A DNA stretch of 64,000 nucleotides from Leucoraja erinacea (GCF_028641065.1 NC_073399.1:2790001-2854000), one strand, 5' to 3'; numbered from the stretch's first letter, positions 26,401 to 39,325 are shown. Translations and numbers: made by a program. Notes: generated by a model not told the origin, from the letters alone.

Positions 26401-29400
26401 GGTCCTTATGAAAATGGTAGACAACATTCCGGAATGGTCCAGGTTTCCCAACCTGGTCCCGAAAGTGCCTTCCCCTCCCATAAACAAGATCGAGTCATCA
26501 GTCATACATGGGTGCTTTTCAAAACCCCCCTAGTCAATCAAAACAGAACGCAGTGGTAGAGTTTGCGAACAATATGGGCCAATTGATTTTGATGCCAGAT
26601 ACAAGGATTGTATCCAGACAAACCGCTACAACACTTCTGCCTCTAATGGCTCCATGCGTGTGCCCATAGCTACAAACAAGGATTTGGATGAAAAGGCAAG
26701 GATACAAACGCCAAATTATGACATGACTTGCCTTAAAACCAGGGGGCAGCCTCAAGACACCGAACAGGTGGGTATTTACCTGGGTAGGACTACCGAGTCA
26801 TGGGAAATTGCAGCAGAAGGGTTTGGGGGGGATTAGGGAGAGCACAATAGATTGTCACAACCAGTTGCACTCCAGAAATCACAGCCTCCCACCCACCCCA
26901 CTTTAGTGGCCCACCTCCACACTAATCATCCAGCTCCCTTGCCTAACCCAGCTGTCCCCACCTCTACTCTTCGTCGGCACTCACCTTGTTCGACCACCGG
27001 ACACAGCCTCCCTCTCCAACCCACAACTACACAGGACGGTGTCGATGCACGTCCGGGTGATATTCGACCCCTCTCCCGCCAGTTGGATGGACTTTGGTCC
27101 CTAGTCCCACTCAAATTACATTACAGTTCACCCCTGGCCCACCGCAACACTAGCACACTTCAGGAGTTTCCAGTGACCGCTTGGGGAAAGTGCGATCCGG
27201 AGCCACCGGTTTCTCCCCTCCCCACGTTCCCAGAAATTCACGTCAATGTTTGCACGATGTCAGATTGAGCCCATATGGGTGTAAGTCAACAGGATGTGCC
27301 TCGCTCGTCGTGCTGGGGATCGCTGTGCTCTTCCAGCGGACTTCGAGGCGCCGAGATACCTGTTTTCTCTACACTCGTAACTTGAGCAAGCGGTTCTTTT
27401 TTCCGGCATGGAATGTTTCCGTTCTTCCGCGTGATTGTAGGAGTCCCTCGACCCGAAGCTCGGTCTCCAGTTCCTTCCCTTCCAGGCCTGGCAGGCCTGG
27501 TCCCCGATGGCGGTGCAGCCCCAGCGGTGAGCACGGTCCGGGCGGCGGGCTGTGACCAGGTTCGGTGGCGCCGGTCCTTTTACCCCACACATTGTCGATC
27601 GGGGACCTGCCCGTAGCTCTGGCCTGGGCGTCCTCCACAGCCCGTTAAAAGTGGCATTGCTCAACCGTGCGCATCTGATTGGGACCCCCCCTTTTTCCAC
27701 CCTCTCCCACCTGCTTTCCAACCGCTCCCGCTCCCATAGCCGGCTTGGCCTTCCACCACTTGAACTCACAATCCTCCCTCTACCTTATTGTCAATCTCCT
27801 CACTCCTCCCCTCCTCCTCCCTTCCCTCCCCCTTCGCGGAAAGCACTTACTCCCCACCTCCTCGCCCTCCGTCTCAGCCTATCCTTCCTCCCCCACCCCT
27901 CCTCTTATGTTGTCCTCCTAATCCCTCACCATTCTGGATAGTTTATTAAGGAGCTAGAATAAGGTGCTCTCCGTTGGATAGACTGGCGGTTCCAGAGAAG
28001 TTTCAACAGGGAGGGACGGTTCCCCTCAACGCTTAACCTCCCCTAATCCACCTTCACACCAATTCCAATATGGCTGGCAGTGGGCAGGGCTTTCTGGAGC
28101 ACTAGACCCCCCTCTGTGGCTCGTCAGGACTGGTGTCTTCCCCCCTGGATAGAATAGACATTGTGGGTCGAAGGATTCTTGGGCTGGCAGCTCAGCCACT
28201 GAGGCCCGAGCAGGCTTCAGTAATCTAGGCCCCAACGTCGCAGTCACTGGAGGCCGGCAGTCAGTCCGTCAGTGCAAGGCACTCAGTCATAAGGCCTGAC
28301 CTGTCTCACAGCACTAAGGACTGGTGGGCTGGCAACTGAGAAACGGCCAGGGAACTTCCGGCCGAACAAAGATGACAGACTGTGTGAAGAGAGAGGTGGA
28401 AAGTGGAGGGACAATCAACTTTAGACAGAACATCCCTCTTGGCATCATTTTTTACCCTGAACAACACCCAAATGAGAGAAATGTCATCCTGCATGGATCT
28501 ATGGAGTGCTAGAGTGATAGGGTGGTGCTGCGGATGAAGGGAAGGTTTTTTCAGAGGGCTAGTATGGGACATGGTGGATGAATGATTCTTGGACTTGCAG
28601 TGCCAGTGAGTCATGGGCTTGGTGGGGCTGGCAGTGCACTAAGTAAGTGGCTGGTGCTCCTGGCATGCACAGTTCCACTCCAGCTGGTGTGGTAGAGCAG
28701 TTTCACTCAGTCACGCCAACGTCCTCCATTCCACCCCCCACCCCCCCCACTTCCACAACTCCTGCTCCTGTGCCCATTCCCCTCCCCCACCCACCCCACA
28801 CATTCAGCCCATCTTCCCCCACCTCCCCCCATGCACTCTTAGTGGCTCTCGGACACCACGAGCCATTCCTGCCATTAGGTTCCATTGTGATCAGAAGAGG
28901 AACTGCAGGCCATTGCAAGGGGAAAAAGGAGTTATTAAAGTTGTTCGTTAAAATGGAATGACTATTAAAATATAACAACAATTTAAATGTTAAAGATGAG
29001 ATTTATTGTTCTTTCTTGTTGTGTCTCTGTTCTGCTGCTCCACTACCTCTTGATGCTCTTTGCTGTTATTTTTTTAAAAGACAATTTTAATATAAAGAAA
29101 TGGAGCGCAGGGTCAAATTTTAACAAAGGAAAAATCTAGGAATTTACACTCAAAATCATCATTCAGTGCAGGCCGCAAATCCAATCTCACAGCACTCCAG
29201 AGGAGTGCAGGCAGCAAGTCCAACAACGACAAGCTTTTGTTAGATCCATTGCAAAAAAGGAAGATGATAAAAGTCTCAACAGATGGATCCGACGTGATAA
29301 AAGCTACCAATGCATGTTATCGGAAAGAGAAAGATACAACAGAATAATTTCAAGATATTAAGGTCTTTGCAAGGATCAGATATTAGCAATAACCTATAGC

Positions 29401-29963
29401 CCTTCTATGACTGTGGGAATACATTGCCAGGGTGTAATATCTTATAGGATGGCCAGTATTCTCTTTCAGTATGAAAGCACTAAACTTGAGGGAAAGCTGA
29501 ATGTGGAAACATTTGTGGAAAACATTTTATCTGAAAGTACAGACTGCCAGAGAAGACTTGTCATAAAACATGAGAGCACTTAGAAAATAAGTTGCGGTGT
29601 GTACTGATTTACGCAGTTACTTGTGTGAGGATGACCGACGCTCAGAGGATAGTGGTTGACTTCACTCAGAGAAAACCAGATTTACAAAGAACAACCTGTA
29701 ACATGTTTTTTCTTCTCTCCATTCAAAGTTCGAATTTGATTCCAAAATTTCAAAAAGAGGGCCGGCCATGGTCCCCACCAAGTGAGCAAGTGTTATTTGG
29801 GTTCCTTTTGATTAGGGGCCAGACAGGGGCTGGTCCACTGCGGTGAGCCCTATCAGCGGATGTTCGAAGAGGGTCTTAGACCTTCAAGCTCAGAGGCAGG
29901 CTCGCTGGAAAAACCTAGAGCTGGACGACCGTCAGCAGAAACCGCGAGCTGGATCGAATAACG

Positions 29964-30426
29964 NNNNNNNNNNNNNNNNNNNNNNNNNNNNNNNNNNNNN
30001 NNNNNNNNNNNNNNNNNNNNNNNNNNNNNNNNNNNNNNNNNNNNNNNNNNNNNNNNNNNNNNNNNNNNNNNNNNNNNNNNNNNNNNNNNNNNNNNNNNNN
30101 NNNNNNNNNNNNNNNNNNNNNNNNNNNNNNNNNNNNNNNNNNNNNNNNNNNNNNNNNNNNNNNNNNNNNNNNNNNNNNNNNNNNNNNNNNNNNNNNNNNN
30201 NNNNNNNNNNNNNNNNNNNNNNNNNNNNNNNNNNNNNNNNNNNNNNNNNNNNNNNNNNNNNNNNNNNNNNNNNNNNNNNNNNNNNNNNNNNNNNNNNNNN
30301 NNNNNNNNNNNNNNNNNNNNNNNNNNNNNNNNNNNNNNNNNNNNNNNNNNNNNNNNNNNNNNNNNNNNNNNNNNNNNNNNNNNNNNNNNNNNNNNNNNNN
30401 NNNNNNNNNNNNNNNNNNNNNNNNNN
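29964..30426. other. Assembly gap (463 N)
   Basis: N run, followed by a degenerate CA repeat at 30427-30582. Confidence 1.
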
Positions 30427-30644
30427 ACAACACCACACAAACCACCACACACACACCCACCCACCCAAACCCCAACACAAACACCACACACACAACCACC
30501 ACACAAACCCCCCCAGAACACCCACAACACCACCCACACACACACACACACACACAACACACACCCCACACACACACACACGCCAATGGCGGGGCCGGAA
30601 AGCGGGGGCGCGCTGTCGCACTCCCCCCTGCCCCCCCCTCTTAC

Positions 30645-30880
30645 CCTGAAATGTCCAACGCCCCGATGAACAGTTACGGTCGTCCTTCGCGAGCTGTGTA
30701 GGTGGCCCCCCTGTGGTGGATTCTCTCCGTTATGACTCGCGCTGGTGTATATTTTCTGGTATCTGTGTCTCCGTACGCCCGGAGGTACGGCCAGCTCCCC
30801 AGCTCAGCATTGCTGTACCTCCTGCAGAGACAGGGCTTCTTAACTGGCACCCTAAGCAGCGAAAGACCCTTGTGTGGCGG
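30645..30880 (-). other. Corrupted myosin-V-like motor-domain exon in low-quality sequence
   Basis: Minus strand ends TTC ATC GGG GCG TTG GAC ATT TCA GG|GTAAG (FIGALDISG + donor). Upstream pieces in shifting frames: VK..SLQEV.NA..LA, KIY, ERI, LHSS, in the same order as class V myosin MSLQQVINARNALAKHIY..VEHINKALH..FIGVLDIYG (recalled). Confidence 0.45.
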
Positions 30881-33800
30881 ACCCGTCAGCAAGCGTTCGG
30901 CAGCACGAAGGACGTGCCCTAGCCAGCAGCGACACCGATTCACCGCGAGACGCCGGAGAAGGGCCACCAAGTCCACACACACAGTGTGGTTCTGATTTCC
31001 TTCATGCGTTTCAGAGATGCAGTAAGCGGTCAGGGTACGGGTTTCCTTGGTCCTATGGGTCTGCAGAAAGAATCTCCCACAGGACGCGAACAGAACTTAA
31101 CACATCGCCGCCGGTGTCCGCGGCCCCGAGTGAGCCTCCGGGTGACTCGGCCTGCCCAGTACACTCTGCGCCACACGCGCCGCCACGCCCCAACAGCGAC
31201 CTCTCGAGTCACAGAGTATGGCAGAAACTATGAGTCCAGACCTACTCCCACCCTGTGTACTGCAGTCTCCACCTTATTCAAGCGAGAAAGCGACTAGTAG
31301 GACGCACAAGCCGCATGGCCGCGATCTCTTAGGAGCGGGATCAAACGATGTATGCGGGGAAGTGATTCCCCCACGTATGGAGCAATGAAAGCGACGAGAC
31401 TCAGAACCCAAAACGGAGAACCAAGTCGGAGCAAATGACCTTGGTGGGGACGCGATTGTCCGGAGTAGCAGAGGGCCAGAACGACTGGGATGGGGGCGAG
31501 AGATAGGACAGATGGGACAGAGCACAGACTTATACTCATCTGAAAGAAAGAACAGAAAACGAAAAAGTTTGAGGTGACATGAGTGGAAGGATTAAACTTC
31601 TATCACAAAGGATGGCGGCTATGTGGTGATCTGATACATCACAGAGCCAGAAACCCGGGTTCCATCCTGACTAAACCCAGTGCGCTGTTGGTGCAGAGTT
31701 AGCACGTTCCCCCAATGTGACCTTGTGGGCTTTCTCCAGGGTGCTTCCGGGTTTTCCTCTCACTTCCAACAAGGCGCAGGCTTGCTAAGTTCAATTTGGC
31801 CTCTGTATAAGTGTAGGATCGATCATGGAAACATAGAATATCTTATCTTTCCTTGTACGGGTTGGCAAACAGAATGCTAAGGCATGCCCTGGTTCAGGCT
31901 GTGGGTTTACAAGGGATGTCGCTTAGGAATAGGGTTGTGAGCTTATAGGGACAGGGTTTTGAGGCAGGGGACACTAATTCCCCACAGCTCAGGAGCGGAG
32001 TGATAATTAAGATGCCGACGACGGGAAATAAGAGAGAAAAATATAAGAAGAAATTTATATAGATGTGTATAAAATCATTGAGAGGCATAGATCATGTAGA
32101 CACACAAGTCTCTTGCCCTGGGCTAGGGGAATCGCTGAAACAGGAGGCATAGGTTTAAAGGTGAAGGTGGCAAAACGTTTGTATGGGGTAACCTTTTAGA
32201 CAAAGGGTGGTTGGTGTGACAGGTGATTGGAGCAAGCTGGCAAAGGATGGTAGTTGAGACAGTAGGCTGTATTGCAATGCTACGAAACACTAAGTACAAG
32301 GTAACATGGATTAGGACATGTATCTTGGAAGATATGAGCCAAATACAGGCAAGTGGGACTGTTGCCGGGAAAAATTGTGGGTCCGTATGGTTGGTGTGGG
32401 CCAAGTTGGGCCGAAAGGGCCGTTTCCACACTGTAACATGATGACTTGCTCTGTTAAACTTAATGATATGGCTCAAGGATTGCGATGGCGTTGGGAAAAC
32501 GTGAGTAGAAAGAAAAGAGAACATCCCTAGTACAATGTGTTCCATTTGCACACTACCTTTGTTGGAAATCGCGGTGTAACAGTTACCAGTGCAAACAACC
32601 ACAAGAGTAAAGACAAGTAAATCCATTAAGTGCAGGGTTTGAGTTGACACAACAGAGGGATTAGGGAGGTGCTGACACTGATTTGGAACTTAGTCGGTAA
32701 ACGAACTACCGAAAGAACCAAGGGCCAGAGTTTCGCACAGAAACGTATCGACAGCTCAAGCCAACGGTTTACGCACTCCTTTATAATCAAGAGGCCACAG
32801 TAGCTAGCATGTGTGTACTGTATATTAAACACAGGGTACTGCAGCCTGGCCTACTTGCCCACAGCTTCCAGCAGGCATGTCCAGTGCACAAAGCCAGTTG
32901 TAACAGTTCTCTTACCCAGAAGGGTCTTAAGGGAGAGTCCCAAATCACAGAATAGGTTAGAAATTAGAAACGATGCATCATGAACTAGTGTGGAGTAACA
33001 TAAGGCAGATCATGCAAGCATATATGGTCGTGACGTTGTGCAGGTCAGAGACCCTTCTTCAGCACAATGTTTTTTACATCGTCAGACTGCAAAGAGACAT
33101 GTGCGTTCAACAGGCTTTCGAAGAATTCGCAGTTGGCGTGCCGACCAACGGGGTACCCCGTACAACGAACACTATTTGGGCATCCCCATATCTGAAGAAG
33201 GATGTGCTGGTTGTCTGGCGTGGGTCCAGGGAGAGAGGGTTAAGAACAAGGGTGCACGTTAACATTATGCAGTTGAGGCGTTTGACTGTAACTGGGCCCG
33301 AACACCTGGAGTTTAGAAGACATGAGGGGGTGGGGGAAACTGATTGAAATGTACCGAATAGTGAGAAGCCTTTGGAGAGGAGTGGATGTGGAAGAGGTGA
33401 GGAAGGAGTTCTCACGCTTCAGAATCGGTAGCATTTACTGCGACAGTTAAGACGCCTATTCTCACCAGGGACTATTTCCAATCTAAGGAACACATTTTCT
33501 TCCTCTATTGTATATGTAACAGAATATGCCTGGGTATTATGAGTGTGTTATAATTTGGTTAGGGTGTTGGTTTTTCAGTTCTTTGGCACACACAGTACCC
33601 AGCCGAGCTTGCCCACTGCATTTTTTTTTCCCCCCCACCAATGTCATCTCGTATGTGTATGTGACAAAGTAAACTTGGCTTGGACTACTTGCTTGAGGTG
33701 GAAAGAGGAGTTTCCACTTAGTGCACGAGAGTCGAGGACTAAGGCCGTAGCTCAGAATTAAAGGATGTTCTTCTTGGAAGGAGATGAGGAGGAATTTCGT

Positions 33801-34959
33801 TTAGGAGAAGGTGCAGTGAATCTGTGGATCTCTTGCCATCGAAGGCAAATTCATTATTTGGATAGATAAGGCATAGATAGATAAGATTCTTGACTAGTAC
33901 GGGGTCAGGGTTTATGGGCGAGAAAGGACGGAGAATGGGGTTCAGAGGGAGAGATAGATCAGGCCTGATTGAATGGTGGAGTAGATTGATGCCTAGTGGC
34001 CTAGTGTTCTAAGTCCTTGATCACGTAGGAGACCTTACGGACCTTAGGAAGGCTGATCCATACACACTACAGGGGACAAATTTACAATTGCAGCACAAAC
34101 CAAATTAACCGACAACACCTGTGATGTCTTTAAAGTGTGAGGAGAAAAACCAGAGCACTGTAGAAAACCCACGCGTAGGCCAGGGACCGTAAGAAGGGTA
34201 AGAAAGCGCCTGTAGTCAGGATCAAACACAGGGTCCCTGGCGCAATCGAGGCCAGCACCCGTACTGCATCAAGTGCTCGCGCATGGTGTGCCCCTATAGC
34301 CCATAGTGAACATTGTAGCTGGATGTCATCCTGCCACACAAATCCATCAGCAGCACTCTACCTTCTCCCAGAAAAAGATAAAGCGAGTGATTTAATAAGG
34401 GTGTGTAACCACCAGTTTCCAACAGGCCAATGGGGTGGTTGGCAACCTGCGGCCCTGCTCTATATGGGCAGCCTAATTCCAAGACAATGAATTAGACGAG
34501 GTTTACCTATCACCCCATAAAATATAGCATTAACATAAGGATCTAACGTTGCGCTCAAGTCACCACACTCCTCCGCCCTATGATAAGGAAGGGCAACTGC
34601 CAAACACTGTAGTGATGGAGATTGCCTAACCTCGAAAATGTTCGATTGTTTAGATGTTAGACTTTACTTCCATGAACTGGATTTTCTTTTTTTAAACGTG
34701 TCAAGCCACCGTGTTCTGATGGAGACCACCACCACGAGACGAATTTAATCAAGGACGTCGAATGACTGAGAGCTGAGGTAAATAGATTCAAGGAAGTTGT
34801 TCCCTGCGCAGAGAAAGGTTTAGGAAAGGCAGAATCCGATTTAGGAGTACTGACAACGAACTTGAGTAGGTTGAGGAGAACATATTTGAATGCAAAACAT
34901 CTTTATGATAATGGTATTTGGGTCCATGACGAACCGGGGCAAACAGATTTAGTGTGTGA

Positions 34960-35460
34960 ACAGACGTGCAACATGGACGAAACACACACACGTCATCGCC
35001 GTGACACAGATGCACACAATACAAAGGACATACACACACAGCACCACGCACAAGCGTAGGCACATGCAACGCCAACGCATGTGCCCACTCGCACATGTAC
35101 ACACGCAGGACACAGGCATGCCATGCACACGAACACAATACACAATTACATACACACATACAAGCAAGACACACATCATGCAACACACCTGACATACTCG
35201 CACGCGAACCTGCACGCACAATAACACACAACACGCAAACACACACAACGCCACTTGCACGCACAAATAGGCACACACACAAAACACATACACGCACTCT
35301 GCGCGCCGCAAGCACACTACAACACTAAAACCGATGCACGCGCACATATGCACACACACCACCAACACCAACACAACACAAACCAAACACACGCATACAC
35401 TTGCACGAACACATATACAAAAACACAACGACACACACACAATTAACACACCCACACAAC
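34960..35460. repeat. Degenerate (CA)n-rich low-complexity tract
   Basis: CACA/GCAC/ATAC mosaic; produces spurious CV/HT-rich ORFs. Confidence 0.85.
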
Positions 35461-38236
35461 CAGCTGCCCACCTGTGCGTGTATCAAACGGCCTCATCATA
35501 ATAAAACAGCAGCTCGTGGAACGTCACATGCTAACAATGCTGACATCAAAATCTACGTTGAGTTTAGGTTGGTTAGAGATATAGGCAGGAAAAGGCTTTC
35601 GGCCTATCGAGTCCACGCGACCAAACGACAATCCCGTACACTATCCCCTGAACAGACGACTGGGCAATTTTACAATTTTACAAACCTGTAGGTACTTGGG
35701 AGTGTGGGTTTAGAAAACCAGGGAAACCGTGAGGAAAGCACACGCGGGTCACCAGGGAGAACGGTCCAAAACTCCGCACCAGACCGCGCCGGTTATGTCA
35801 GGATCAAACCAGGGTCTCTGACGTAAGTACAGCAGGAAAACTCGACCAACTGACGCCCACCGTGCCGCGCTACGTGTGTTTTAGTAAACACAGGTACGGT
35901 CAAAGCTTTCAATTTTGCCTCGCCACCCCCACCAAGGCTTTGATAGGCCATTGCTGCAAAGAATGATATGTCCGCCGGATTTATTAGTGCGACTAATTTC
36001 ACAAAAGGGTTACTGTGTTAGAAATTCCCAGTATAAATGAATGGAATGAAAATGAATGAATACTCATGTCAATGTGTCAAGTCCAGTATTTCTTTGCTGG
36101 CAACGCAAGGTATATAATAGTTGTACAATCTTGATTCCTACATGGCTCTTCCAGTGATGAACGCACCGTCCTAGAAGTGTCACGCGCCAGTTGTTTTACC
36201 GGAGTCCCTCCCATACCATACTCTCGGCCACGCCACCCCCCACCCACCCCATGCTGATGTCCTGCCATTGTTACCCCCTCCCCCCCCCCCCACCCCCGCG
36301 TCCACACACCACAAAGTGTGTGAGTTAGTACGCGTGCAGCGCCCTCATCGCCTCTTGCAAAGACGAACGTTCCACTATCTCTGCCTTGAGTTTCCTCCGA
36401 CGCTCGTGGCGCTGACCCAGGCCACCAGCCGCGGCTCCATCGACTCCAGGGCCCCCGACTTGACGAACCCGGTAGGCCCATCGAACAGTGAGCACATAGG
36501 GTGACTACAATAGAGGGCAGTGACTCACTTTAGTCGATCTATAGGGGATTTGGGTGGGGGGTCTGCTTTACAGGAGCAACAAGACGAGAGAGTTGAGGAC
36601 ATATGGCCCGTGTGTTGTGAGGGAGGGATGGCAAGTGGAGACACTGACATTTTGTCCTCTGGCATCATCCCCTACCCAGTCTGCTTCTCATCTCTGGCCG
36701 ATTCCTTCAGCGCAAACCAACTTGCGCACCTTCGTCGCCTTTGTGGCATTTGTGGAAACAATGGTCCACTTTCTGCCTACCGGTGAGGGCTGTGATGTTC
36801 CTCTTACAATCAAACGAGACTTTTAAAGGCGCTACCTTCACTCTCGGGGAACCATGCGCAGGTTGGGTAACAACCCTCAGCACACTGCTTTTTCCACTTG
36901 CTGCCAAGGCCACAAAATACTTAAAAGACGGACGAGGCTGGCGATTTTGAAAAGTGCCCTTGAGAACATGCTGATTCGACAATTGGCTTAGTCACGTGTG
37001 AAGAGGGTGATCAAACGAGGATCAGAGAAGTGGTTGCCTGAGGCCATTTCAGCCCCAAGTCCCCCTGACAGCAAATACAGATGTCGTACCTGAGTCCTCA
37101 CCGCTGAGGTCTCCAGTATTTGCCCATGGTATATACCACGGGATGGAGAGCTGAGGCTAACATTCGATATTTCGACAAGGCAAGTTCGCAGTCCTTCTTA
37201 AGGAGAAATGTAACCTGTCCAAATAGGGTCTTTGAACGTGTGATAGGTGACCTCTGCACTTAACCACTCATGTGGGACAGGACTAGCTTGTGTTACATTA
37301 CCAGAGTGCACCTTCTGGTGAAAAAATGTGCCCCTCGCAGGTTCCTATATATAATCTTTCTCCTCCACATGCGCCTCACTCAGATATTCTAACCTATTGG
37401 TACCTGAAATGAAATGTATTATAAATGATTTGGAGAGGGAGTGAAGGCTGGGACCAAAAGGTTTTTCAGTTGCTACAAAGATGGGGGGCTGGAGGATCGG
37501 CGGGTAGAGACATTAGCAAGCCCTGAGGCTCTACTGGGCAGGGCTGGGCACGTGGAGCGATGGACTACAGTGTGGCAAAGTGTAAAGGGTCAGGATTGTG
37601 GTTTAGTGGGCAGAGACTAAGGCGATCGACATTCTTCTAACTATGGAGGAAGTTGAGGAAAAGTGGAAGGAGTGCAGAAGGGACTTGAGGAGTTCTTGGG
37701 AAGAGATCCCATAAAGCATTTGGTAAGTTCAACGGTTAATGAGGAAAGGGTCAGGTGCACACTGCTAATGGAAGCGACCTATTGCGAATTTAGATGAGTT
37801 TTCATCGGAATAAACTCAGAAAAAGGGAAGGTAGGCGCAAAGAAGAATGTGTGAACGGTACCGCACAGTAAAGCGTGGCGATCAGCGAATTAAGAGGAGC
37901 AAAGGGGAAAAATGATCGGGGGAGGTTCGAGAGCGGTAGAAATTGTAGCAGAGTTCTTTAATGGGTAGGGAGAGTAGGGATGGGGGTATTTAGTGGAAGG
38001 AGGGGGAGGTCGGCAATGTGAAGGCATTTATATGACATGGGTTTTAGGTAGGGAAATGCGCTTCACTTATTATATTTTAAAGTGTTCGCTGAGGACATTG
38101 TTTTTTTCGAATGGCTTACCAGAAGGCGCAGATCTGTGCAGATTGTTGCGTTCTTCATGGGGGTGGTCGACTAGAGGGTCAAGTGGCTCTAGCGACACGT
38201 CTGTCGAGGTGGTTGCTTTTGTGTCGGTGTTTTTTT

Positions 38237-38336
38237 NNNNNNNNNNNNNNNNNNNNNNNNNNNNNNNNNNNNNNNNNNNNNNNNNNNNNNNNNNNNNNNN
38301 NNNNNNNNNNNNNNNNNNNNNNNNNNNNNNNNNNNN
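38237..38336. other. Assembly gap (exactly 100 N, probably unknown size)
   Basis: N run; sequence quality changes abruptly across it. Confidence 1.
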
Positions 38337-38433
38337 TATATCGTTTCACTGGGTTTCCAGTTTTCAGATGCCAGGGATGGATTAGTTTGCTTGTTCTCCC
38401 TGTCACCCTCTCCACACTCACACTCACACTGAC

Positions 38434-39198
38434 CTCTTTTTCAGCCCTTGCTCTTGCGACGGGCATTGTCTCGTGATAAACATGATTCTCCACAACACAT
38501 TCCTTACAGATACAGCTCTGATCATTTGTACAGAAGAACTCCAGATACTCATCGTGCAGACTGCATTTTCCCTGTTCGATGTCCCTCATTGGGTTGATCA
38601 GCTTGTGATTCTTAAAGGCAGTGTTTTCAAGGTGAGGTCTCAAATGATCTTCACAGTATGAAACCATACAGGTCAAACAAGACTTTGCAGCCTTTAATTT
38701 CTTGTCAATGCAGGAATCACAGACCACTTCATCAGGATCAGTGACAACATGGTCACCTTGGTCATCTTCACTTGAGCTCCTGCTCTCCAACTCAGCGTTA
38801 GCTTTCTCCTCAGTCTGCTCCTGCGGTGTACAAGTTAAATCTTGCTCACATTCATCACCTGGTGGCAACTCAGTCTCTTTCCCCTCGCACCCAGGCTGAC
38901 AGCTCAGTTCCACCTCGGTCTCTTGCTCAGCTTGTTCGGGCTCATGTGATCCAGCAAAGTCCCTCTTCCATTTCTCCACCATGCCGTTCAAAGTCACGTT
39001 CTTCTGCAGAGGTAAGCCGGGATCGAAGGTTTCTCTGCACTGTGGGCAGCTGTGGATGTGGATCATTTCCCAGAAGTGCTCGAGGCAGTCTTTACAAAAG
39101 TTGTGTCCACAAGATGTAGTTACAGGAGATCGGAAGAAATCGAAACAGATAGAGCAAGTGAGCTGCTCTTCGAGAGTTGAAGAGGCAGGAGCAGCCAT
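38434..39198 (-). CDS. TRIM E3 ligase, first coding exon (RING-acidic linker-Bbox1-Bbox2), TRIM16/TRIM25/finTRIM-like; partial gene
   Basis: 255 codons from ATG (MAAPASSTLEEQLTCSIC). C3HC4 RING CSIC..CGHNFCKDC..CPQC; B-box1 CDSC..KSCLTCMVSYCEDHLRPH..H; B-box2 CSLH..FCTNDQSCICKEC..H..H. Ends AEKE|GTCAGT (phase-0 donor), as usual for this TRIM group. Acceptor TTGCATATTTCAG|G places the exon start at 39272 (5' UTR). Confidence 0.93.
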
Positions 39199-39325
39199 CG
39201 AAACCAACCAGGAGATTAAGGCAACGTCAGCTGTGAGCTTAAGCTGAATCACGCTTTCAAAGTGAACCACACCTGAAATATGCAAGGAGCAGAATGCCTG
39301 GATGTGGTTAACTCTTTCCATTCTT

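Noticed and set aside
25600-27260. Possible retroviral or L1-like coding region
   Set aside because: No diagnostic gag/pol/env or RT motif recognisable; sequence appears error-ridden.
29843-30649. Long ORFs spanning N and CA repeats (also 34788-35455)
   Set aside because: Artefacts of gaps and dinucleotide low complexity.
36300-36930. Minus-strand coding-like pieces (RRRKLKAEIVERSSLQEAMRAL; VEKAV; NATKAT), faintly myosin-like
   Set aside because: Too short and noisy to distinguish from chance without a frameshift-aware search.
39199-39321. 41-aa N-terminal extension of the TRIM ORF
   Set aside because: Crosses a good splice acceptor at 39272; the second Met sits at the usual distance before the RING.
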